Of a stretch of DNA of 64,000 bases, positions 56,886-64,000 are shown one piece after another. The stretch covers positions 34,376-98,375 of the forward strand of contig CAZRMW010000001.1 of assembly GCA_964601305.1 (NCBI GenBank), in the 5' to 3' direction. A program made the translations under genes and the position numbers. The notes beneath the pieces were generated by a model that was not told the origin of the DNA, did not search any database, and saw only the letters and a list, made by a program, of their open reading frames with translations. Source of the DNA: an uncultured Candidatus Saccharibacteria bacterium. GTDB lineage: Bacteria > Patescibacteriota > Minisyncoccia > JAHISW01 > Tagabacteraceae. Position 1 is the stretch's first letter. Every line of letters begins with the position of its first letter.

Positions 56886-58019
56886 TTATTTACATTTTTT
56901 AGAAATTAATAAACATATCAAACCAATTATAGAAAAAATAACAAACAGACAAAATACAAAAAACAATAAAAATCTTTTCTCCAAATTACCAATGGTTTTA
57001 CTAATATAATTATCCTCAGAAACATTCACTAAAACCCAATAAAAATCTTTTTCTGGGCTTTTGCCAAAAACTTTCTCAAAACCTCTGTAAATTTCAAAAC
57101 TTCCTTCCGAAGGATGTATGTGTCTATAAGTAAATATTGAGTTTTTATCTCTCAATTGCCTTTTTTGGTAGTCAAACAATATTTTTTCAGAAATATCTGG
57201 ATAATCATCTAAAAAATTGTCGCCACTACCTGTAAGATTTCCAAACTCCTTTGACTCATCAGGGTGTGTGATATAATAACCATCTTGGTTGACTAAAAAA
57301 GTTAACTCTCCACCCCCTTGGAAAGATCTAATATCTTCTAAAAAATAATCAGCATAAACATTTGCTACCATAATCCCAGCACGCTTGTTGTTTTTATCAA
57401 AAACGGTAGTTGCATACGTTAAAATAGGAATGTAATCCACAAATTCTTGAGTGCCACGATTTTCAAGCTCGCCATCTTTTGTACTTAAATCTATTTCAGA
57501 TATAAGAACTTCTCCTTCCTCTAATTTTATAGCTTCACCAAAATAGTACTGTCCCCTTCTGTTTTGGAGTTCGTTTTTTGTAATTATTTTATATTGACCA
57601 TTTAGTTTGAGGGTAGCCGTACGACTAATCTCAACTTTAACCACCTCATCACCATACTCATCAACATAAAACAGTTGATAATATGCAGGGTTCTCTTTTA
57701 TAAATCTTAGAAGATCAGATTCTAATTCTTTTTCAAAAGATTTCTTTTCTTGAACTTTTGTTTCTCTTATCAGATTGTTCAAACTAGAAAGTCCACTCAA
57801 AAATAAAATATCGTTTGCCGCTGTTCCCGGAAAACTGTTTATTTCAACAAAAAGAGTCTCTATGCGTCGGCTAATCGTGTCTACAGCATTAGCTGTGTAG
57901 TTTTTTGAGTTTTCTTTTAAATTGAAATAGTCTCTTGCAGCCAATAAACACAAAAAAGACAAAAGAATTAGGCAAATTAAACCTGCAACAAATTTTTTAT
58001 TGAGTAATCTGGTTAGCAT
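56886..58019 (-). CDS. Stand-alone dCache domain protein (two TM, no cytoplasmic domain)
   Basis: YYQLFYVD, LQNRRGQYYF, LVNQDGYYITHPD. Confidence 0.78.
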   Translation of the reverse strand: MLTRLLNKKFVAGLICLILLSFLCLLAARDYFNLKENSKNYTANAVDTISRRIETLFVEINSFPGTAANDILFLSGLSSLNNLIRETKVQEKKSFEKELESDLLRFIKENPAYYQLFYVDEYGDEVVKVEISRTATLKLNGQYKIITKNELQNRRGQYYFGEAIKLEEGEVLISEIDLSTKDGELENRGTQEFVDYIPILTYATTVFDKNNKRAGIMVANVYADYFLEDIRSFQGGGELTFLVNQDGYYITHPDESKEFGNLTGSGDNFLDDYPDISEKILFDYQKRQLRDKNSIFTYRHIHPSEGSFEIYRGFEKVFGKSPEKDFYWVLVNVSEDNYISKTIGNLEKRFLLFFVFCLFVIFSIIGLICLLISKKCK

Positions 58020-58626
58020 AATTTTTTGTCTCTTTGCTTAAATAAAGATACCCTCCAACAATAGACACTAACAATATCCCCAAAACCAACCAGACATAAA
58101 CTATTTTGTTTTTTGAAATTTCAAAATCTTGCCTAAACTCATCTAAAACATCTACATTGTACAAAGTTTGTAATTCAAGAGTATATTTTCCAGACGGAAA
58201 TTTTAAGTTATTAAAATTTTTAGTAAAAACCCTCTCGGTTTCCACCACTAAATAATCTTGTTCCATATGGATTTCTTTTCCAGAACTATCCAAAATACTA
58301 AATAATAAATTCACTGGTGTTGGCTCTGTACCAAAACTTGTAAATATAACTCTGACCGACAAATCCTCGATACTATCAACTGTCTTGTCGTCAGTTTCAA
58401 AATTAATGTCAAATAAATATTTGGTTGAGTCTTTTTTTTCTAAAGCAATTTCCACACGACCTTCTTCTGTTTTACGCTTTTTTACAATTTCGATGCCCCC
58501 ATTGTCGTGTTTTATATTTGGATAAAAACCTATCACTAGCAAAATAGACACAAAAGACACTAGTAGCAATGGCAACGAAAAAACAAAAAACTTTTTTAAC
58601 ACATTCTCACTTTTTCTTCGTTCCAT
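57997..58626 (-). CDS. Membrane protein carrying the repeated LFDIN...TLYNV...DEF domain
   Basis: Domain shared with 58607-59602 and 60424-61614. Confidence 0.7.
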   Translation of the reverse strand: MERRKSENVLKKFFVFSLPLLLVSFVSILLVIGFYPNIKHDNGGIEIVKKRKTEEGRVEIALEKKDSTKYLFDINFETDDKTVDSIEDLSVRVIFTSFGTEPTPVNLLFSILDSSGKEIHMEQDYLVVETERVFTKNFNNLKFPSGKYTLELQTLYNVDVLDEFRQDFEISKNKIVYVWLVLGILLVSIVGGYLYLSKETKNYANQITQ

Positions 58627-59602
58627 TGTTTCTTTTTATGTTCCAAAAGTACAAACTCGCAACGACTATAAAAATCAAAACAAGCAAAACATAGACATAC
58701 CAAGTTTCTACTATTTTCCTCTTCTCAATAATTTCAAAACTAACCTTAAACTCGTCTTCTACATTCACATTGTAAAGTGTTTTTACAACAAGCGTATATC
58801 TACCTAACGGCAAATCAAGATCCTTAAACCTTTCTATCAAAACTCCTTCGGTTTCTACCACTATTTGATCCTTTTGGCTATGAACTATTTCTCCGGTTTT
58901 ATTTACAATATTAAATGTTAAATCAACGGGAGTTGGCACTCTTCCAAAACTTATAAATATTACTCTCGAAATCAAATCTTTTATGTTAGTTATTGATACT
59001 TTGTCTATTTCAAGATTGATATCAAAAAGTTGTTCTGGTATTTCTTCTGTCTCTGTCTCTGCAGTTTCTGCTGGAGCTTCAGCCCTCACAACAGGCACTA
59101 TTGTAACATAAGTTTGTACAGATTTTTTATCATAAACATTGTTATTTTGGATATCCAAAACAAAAGTACTGCCATCTACTTCTATAATTCCTTCTCCAGT
59201 TTTTTTAGCTCTAAAAGTAGCCGTGCCAAAAGCAGTGCCAGAAGAAACGCCCCTTGGGTAGCCCCCCGTTTTTATTAAAATCCCTTCATTATTATTTATA
59301 AGATCATATCCTGGTTGTTTTAAAGAGACCCAACTATCATTCATTTTGAAAGAGTTGACTTCTAAAAGATCTGGCGGGTAATTTAACTCTATTTTTGTCG
59401 TATAGTTGTTCACTCCAGCTGGGTTTATGCCGACCATAAGCTCAAATTGCTCTCCTTCAACAACATTTATATTTACTGGACTTAAAAAAACAGAAGTATC
59501 GGCTAATACGTCTGGAATTAAGAACAAAGTATAAAGAATTAAGCAGACAACAACAAAAGACGTCCGCAAAAAAACATTCTTAATTCGTGATTCATAAATC
59601 AT
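58607..59602 (-). CDS. Cohesin plus repeated domain plus C-terminal TM
   Basis: IELNYPPDLLEV cohesin-like N-half. Confidence 0.72.
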   Translation of the reverse strand: MIYESRIKNVFLRTSFVVVCLILYTLFLIPDVLADTSVFLSPVNINVVEGEQFELMVGINPAGVNNYTTKIELNYPPDLLEVNSFKMNDSWVSLKQPGYDLINNNEGILIKTGGYPRGVSSGTAFGTATFRAKKTGEGIIEVDGSTFVLDIQNNNVYDKKSVQTYVTIVPVVRAEAPAETAETETEEIPEQLFDINLEIDKVSITNIKDLISRVIFISFGRVPTPVDLTFNIVNKTGEIVHSQKDQIVVETEGVLIERFKDLDLPLGRYTLVVKTLYNVNVEDEFKVSFEIIEKRKIVETWYVYVLLVLIFIVVASLYFWNIKRNNGTKKK

Positions 59603-59614
59603 AATTCTTTTTTA

Positions 59615-60094
59615 CTAATTTTGATTATTAACTACCACAGGCCCTACATTTACAATAATGTCTCTCTCTGGACTGTACAAAATTGCTTGTTGTTTTTGTA
59701 GATAAATTAACACCTTATCGCCATCAATTGAGCCATGATAAAACGGTTGCTCATTTATAAGTGTCTGTGCGTCTACGATAGTAGCCACACTAGGCAACTC
59801 GTTTTCTGGTAAAACAAAATGTTCTCTCACTTGTTTTACAACCTTTTCAATTTCCTCTTGTTGTTGTTTTTGTTTTTCTACTTCAATTTTTTCTGCAGAA
59901 GTTTCGGTGGCACCAGTAAAGGTAAGGTAAGCGCAAACAAAACCAAAAACAGCCAATATTAGCAGGAGAATAAAAACAACTTTTTTCTTTTTACCATTAG
60001 AATCAGGTTTTCCTGAAAATTGTTCTTGTAATTCTTGATCATTAAATTCCCTTAATTCTTCTATTTCTTTTTCTCCTTTTGTTTTTCTAGGCAT
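59615..60094 (-). CDS. Single-TM hypothetical protein (paralog of 62218-62997)
   Basis: LPENELPSVATI...QPFY...GDKVLIY...YSPERDIIVNVGP. Confidence 0.75.
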   Translation of the reverse strand: MPRKTKGEKEIEELREFNDQELQEQFSGKPDSNGKKKKVVFILLLILAVFGFVCAYLTFTGATETSAEKIEVEKQKQQQEEIEKVVKQVREHFVLPENELPSVATIVDAQTLINEQPFYHGSIDGDKVLIYLQKQQAILYSPERDIIVNVGPVVVNNQN

Positions 60095-60223
60095 AATAAA
60101 AATACAGCTAAACCTTCTAATAATAAAAATTAGATAGATTTAACTGCGCAAAGTTATAAACTGTTCAATTGTTACCGTAATTATACACCGTTCACATCTA
60201 TTTGCAAACCATGCAAGAAGTAT

Positions 60224-60334
60224 TTATTTAAAATCTTTTATAGCAATAGTCTTCCCTCTTGATTTTACTACCACCCTTTGTTTTTCTCTGAACTTTAATT
60301 TTTTGATAATCTCAATAGGCAAAGTTGCCGTCAT
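60224..60334 (-). pseudogene. Truncated AbrB-like gene
   Basis: MTATLPIEIIKKLKFREKQRVVVK... matches the C-half of 33468-33647; N-half absent. Confidence 0.6.
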
Positions 60335-60423
60335 ACTACTACATTTTAACTTCCAGTACTCAGCTTTCAGACTTAACCAAATATTTTTGTCTGTCTACTG
60401 ACGGCTGGTAGCTGTTTACTTAT

Positions 60424-61614
60424 TTACGAATTTTCTTTTTGTTTTCTTCTTTTCGACAAGACAACAATAAATCTTGTAGCAACTACCAAAAGTGTTATAA
60501 ATATAATCCAAAACCAAATAGTCTTGAAAAACGACTTCTTTTCTTCTTTTATTTCAAAATCTTGCCTAAACTCATCAAATACACCTACATTATAAAGTGT
60601 GTACAGCACAAGTGTGTATTTGCCAACAGGAAGCTCTTCGGCCATCTCAAACGTTTTTCGTTTAATTGCTTCTGTTTCTACAATAATATCAACATCTTCT
60701 CCTTCGTCTCTGTACACCTCTTTCCCTTCTTCGTCCAAGATAACAAAAGTTAAATCTACAGGAGTTGGCACTCTTCCAAAACTAATAAATACAACTCTAG
60801 CAACTAAATCTTTTATGCTAGATATTGCAGAGTTGTCTATTTCTAAATTAATATCAAAAAGTTGTTCGGGAATTATTTCTTCTTTTTTACATCTTTTATC
60901 CAATTCTCCTCTTGTTGCCTCGTCTAAAAAACCTTCTCCTGCCCCAAGATATTTCTCTTGAAATTTAATAATCGCTTCCTTGGTGGCATTTCCAAAACTC
61001 CCCGTAACATTTTTTGTAAACACTCCCTCATCCTCTAAACACAATTGAAGATATGCGACATCTTTGTTTCTATTTCCCTCTATTAACTCCTGATTAAAAG
61101 AATGCTCTATTGGAACAGATTTGGGAATTTTAAACGGATACCACGCTTCTTTGGCGCGACTAAGTATATTTTTTGGATTAGCTTCATAGCTAAGAGTTAA
61201 TATTTTATCAAACCACTCAACATTCACTGTTTTGTCGGTCAGTGTTTCAAATGAAATAGAAAATAATTCTCCTGTACCAGAAAACCCTTTTGGAACACCA
61301 CCAACGAAAGAAATAGTATTACCAACGATTTTGGGCTCTTCAACCCACAGGTTCAAAATAGAATTATCTTTTGAAACTGAAACAACCTTCAAGTCTTTAG
61401 CAGGAAATCTAATAGACCCCTCCACAACACTAACTTTTCTCCCTCTCGTGTCCACCATGGCACGTGCTTCTATTCGTTGCCCTGCACTATAAGTTTCACT
61501 TCTTCCGGGTATTTCTGCGGGAGAAATATATAAATCAGCTCGAGCAAAAACTAGAAATGGGAAAAACCCTAGAAGTACTAAAAACAAATATTTGATTTTA
61601 TTAAATTTTTTCAT
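60424..61614 (-). CDS. Cohesin, peptidoglycan-binding domain, repeated domain, TM
   Basis: ILNLWVEEP; DVAYLQ...TGSFGNATKEAIIKFQ. Confidence 0.78.
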   Translation of the reverse strand: MKKFNKIKYLFLVLLGFFPFLVFARADLYISPAEIPGRSETYSAGQRIEARAMVDTRGRKVSVVEGSIRFPAKDLKVVSVSKDNSILNLWVEEPKIVGNTISFVGGVPKGFSGTGELFSISFETLTDKTVNVEWFDKILTLSYEANPKNILSRAKEAWYPFKIPKSVPIEHSFNQELIEGNRNKDVAYLQLCLEDEGVFTKNVTGSFGNATKEAIIKFQEKYLGAGEGFLDEATRGELDKRCKKEEIIPEQLFDINLEIDNSAISSIKDLVARVVFISFGRVPTPVDLTFVILDEEGKEVYRDEGEDVDIIVETEAIKRKTFEMAEELPVGKYTLVLYTLYNVGVFDEFRQDFEIKEEKKSFFKTIWFWIIFITLLVVATRFIVVLSKRRKQKENS

Positions 61615-61664
61615 AATATTATTTAAATTTTAACCAGCCTGCCCCGTGAGAATCAAAGATTCTT

Positions 61665-62231
61665 TTACGGGGTCCACTCAAACACCAATACTGCAAAATC
61701 AAAAGCATCGACTACACCATCTTTGTTTATATCAACACAAGATTGAAGAGGTTTTTCTACCTTCCAATAAAAAATAAGTGTTGCAAAATCAAAAGCATCT
61801 ACATCTCCGTCAAGATTAAAATCTGCTCCATTACACTCACTTACAACACCTGCTCCTCCACCTATTATTCCACCTCCGCCCCCCCTAACAGCCGTAGCCG
61901 TTTCTTCTGCGACTGCTGTTGCCGCTGTTGCTGTAATATCGGCTATAACTTCCCCTACACCGCCTTCGTTGTTAAAGTTAGTACTGGAACTTTCCCCAGC
62001 AAGCGCCTCACCAAAAGACCCAATCATCAGATAATTACTGGATGTTGCACTCGCAACACCCCCACTATTAAAACTTGATCCTCTTATACGAAAATTTGAA
62101 CTACTTACAGTTTCTGCGCACACATGTCCATATACAAAAAAACCTCCGAAAACAGATATGCACAAAATAATAAATATATTTTTTCGCATAATTTTCACAT
62201 TCATACATATATAAAACCTATTCCTTTCCAA
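61665..62231 (-). CDS. Secreted dockerin-domain protein
   Basis: ADFNLDGDVDAFDFA and DINKDGVVDAFDFA; start may be a later Met. Confidence 0.78.
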   Translation of the reverse strand: MERNRFYICMNVKIMRKNIFIILCISVFGGFFVYGHVCAETVSSSNFRIRGSSFNSGGVASATSSNYLMIGSFGEALAGESSSTNFNNEGGVGEVIADITATAATAVAEETATAVRGGGGGIIGGGAGVVSECNGADFNLDGDVDAFDFATLIFYWKVEKPLQSCVDINKDGVVDAFDFAVLVFEWTP

Positions 62232-62997
62232 TAATTATCACTGCGTCGGCATTGCTTGTTGCTTCCCCTTCCGGCAAGATATCTGTAGAAGAAATATTTA
62301 ATTCTTTTTCCAATCCTTCAATATCTTCTCCTGTTAAGGTTAAATTTATTAACAATGTTTCTTCATGTTCCTGCAAAGAGGCATCGGATGTATTTAAAAT
62401 TCTATAGCTACCTATAGCTTGCAAAGTATTGGCCAAGCTGTTGGCAGCCCCATTTACACCAGATCCATTTCTAATATCTAAACTTATTTTCTTTTCTTCC
62501 TTGACCAACTCACTTTGTGAGTTTAGGTTTTTTTCTTTTTGAATTGGTTTTGGTGCTTGGGATATTTGTTGGTTGTTTTGCTGTTCGTTTTGCTCATAAA
62601 CAGGGCCAACATTAACCAAAATATCCCTTTCTGGGCTGTATATAATTGCTTTATCTTTATAAATTAAAACTTTGTCTCCATTTATAGCTCCACTAAAAAA
62701 AGGTTGTTGTACCACAAGAGTTTCTGCATTTTGAACAGTCGCTAAATTTGGTTCCTCGTTGGGTAAAATGATAAACTTAGAAACCTGCTTTTTTGTTTCT
62801 TCAACCTCTTCCAGGTACAATTCTTTTTGAATTTCTGGATTAGAGAGAAGCGCTACTTGTTTTTTTGCTTCACGATAGTCTGCAAAAATCCATACAAAAC
62901 CACTTGCAAAAATTATAAATAAAGCAAACTTAAATATCCCTTTCACGCCTACTTGTCTAATTAATAATTTTGTTATATTTAAAACTTGCTTGTTCAT
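62218..62997 (-). CDS. Membrane protein with LytR_C domain
   Basis: LDIRNGSGVNGAA...ADAVIIIG. Confidence 0.75.
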   Translation of the reverse strand: MNKQVLNITKLLIRQVGVKGIFKFALFIIFASGFVWIFADYREAKKQVALLSNPEIQKELYLEEVEETKKQVSKFIILPNEEPNLATVQNAETLVVQQPFFSGAINGDKVLIYKDKAIIYSPERDILVNVGPVYEQNEQQNNQQISQAPKPIQKEKNLNSQSELVKEEKKISLDIRNGSGVNGAANSLANTLQAIGSYRILNTSDASLQEHEETLLINLTLTGEDIEGLEKELNISSTDILPEGEATSNADAVIIIGKE

Positions 62998-63005
62998 AAT
63001 TTAAT

Positions 63006-64000
63006 TTATATTGTTTCTGGAGTTGTTGTAGAAACTGGTTCCTCAACAACATGCTCTTCGTATTCGCAACTTAGATCATCTTCTGTTGCGCTTTCATCGT
63101 GATTTAAGGCATCTGGATCCATACAGCCCAAAATCAGCTCGGGTTCTTGCTCCTGAATTAATTCAGCCTGCCCCGTTAAATCCGTAGGATTCTTCGGGGT
63201 ATTTAATTCAGTAGCAGTAGTCGTGGAGGTCGTTCCTTCAATTAACGAAGTTGGACTTCCCACATCCTGCGGTGTGTGAACTCCAACTTCAACAATTCTT
63301 GTTGTTGTCCCTACATTCCCCGCTTGATCTTCAGCAATAAAAGTAATTACATAAGTAGTTGTGCTAGAAGTATCTAAGCTTAATTCGTTCGGATACATCT
63401 CTTCTCCACCATCAATGCTTACTTTATACCCAAGGTTGTCGTTTACATTGTCTGTTACTGTTGCCCCCATATCGCTATATGTGCTACCTACTTCTATTTT
63501 TGCAGGGTTATTTCCAAGGAGAATTATGATTGGAGACTCAACGTCAACACTGTCTGTATTTTCATTGATTATTGATTCATTAGATATTGATTGATCATTG
63601 ATTGTTGAAGATTGATCATTTTTAAGCATTCCCTTCAACTCTGCCAATTCCTCTTTATTCAAACAAACTTCTCCACCCTCTTCCCCAATACATATTTCTT
63701 CTCTAGCCAAAATTCTATTAGCTACAAAAGCTCCGTTTAATTCTTGATTTGTTATAAATTCTTCCACTGATCCACCAAGAGAAAGCGAGTTTAATTCATT
63801 TTGAAGAACTTCTATCATCTCCTGTTGCTCTTTTATAGCCTCTAAGTTAAGGGCTGTTAATTTTTGATAATCTATCATCTTATATCCTTGCATATCCTCA
63901 TAAACCAATTCTGGGAAAAGCACTTCCACTTCCTGGGCAATCAAACCTGTTTGGCGACCATCCCCTAAAAATTCTGTGTGAGAATTTGTTTTATCCCATT
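63006..64000 (-). CDS. C-terminus of a large protein with peptidase S74 chaperone and DUF5011/HYR-like Ig domains (5' off window)
   Basis: Frame stays open to the window edge: WDK...GLIAQEVEVLFPELV...IDYQKL..AIKEQQ; LLGNNP..YSDMGATVTDNVND. Confidence 0.8.
   Translation of the reverse strand, partial: WDKTNSHTEFLGDGRQTGLIAQEVEVLFPELVYEDMQGYKMIDYQKLTALNLEAIKEQQEMIEVLQNELNSLSLGGSVEEFITNQELNGAFVANRILAREEICIGEEGGEVCLNKEELAELKGMLKNDQSSTINDQSISNESIINENTDSVDVESPIIILLGNNPAKIEVGSTYSDMGATVTDNVNDNLGYKVSIDGGEEMYPNELSLDTSSTTTYVITFIAEDQAGNVGTTTRIVEVGVHTPQDVGSPTSLIEGTTSTTTATELNTPKNPTDLTGQAELIQEQEPELILGCMDPDALNHDESATEDDLSCEYEEHVVEEPVSTTTPETI

Noticed and set aside
63006-64000. Prophage tail gene
   Set aside because: The S74 chaperone domain is followed by Ig-like domains among surface proteins; no phage genes visible

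Overview
AT-rich bacterial chromosome segment in standard genetic code. Gene content and protein style suggest CPR/Patescibacteria (Parcubacteria-like); this is an inference. The core genes are serS, dprA, topA, parB, a miaB-miaA fusion, rpmG, clpB, htrA, iscU, iscS, rnhB and tRNA-Leu(CAA), -Trp(CCA) and -Tyr(GTA). Between them sit many self-contained orphan cassettes, each with its own promoter, strong Shine-Dalgarno and terminator. From about 42.8 kb to the end runs a minus-strand island of cohesin/dockerin surface proteins, orphan substrate-binding proteins, stand-alone Cache/PAS modules, one histidine kinase and one response regulator. The most striking signals are at DNA level. (1) Several short palindrome families (REP/RPE-like) occur both intergenically and in-frame inside conserved proteins, read in different frames; one probable transposase C-terminal remnant is flanked by such palindromes. 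(2) A ~42-bp hairpin family centred on GC-NATA-GC, and duplicated promoter/terminator scaffolds, bracket unrelated orphan genes. (3) Structured elements duplicate tRNA 3' ends. (4) A TlpA-like thioredoxin has an in-frame UGA at the base of a hairpin, with its canonical TWC active-site codons in the neighbouring frame. All calls come from reading the sequence; no searches were run.
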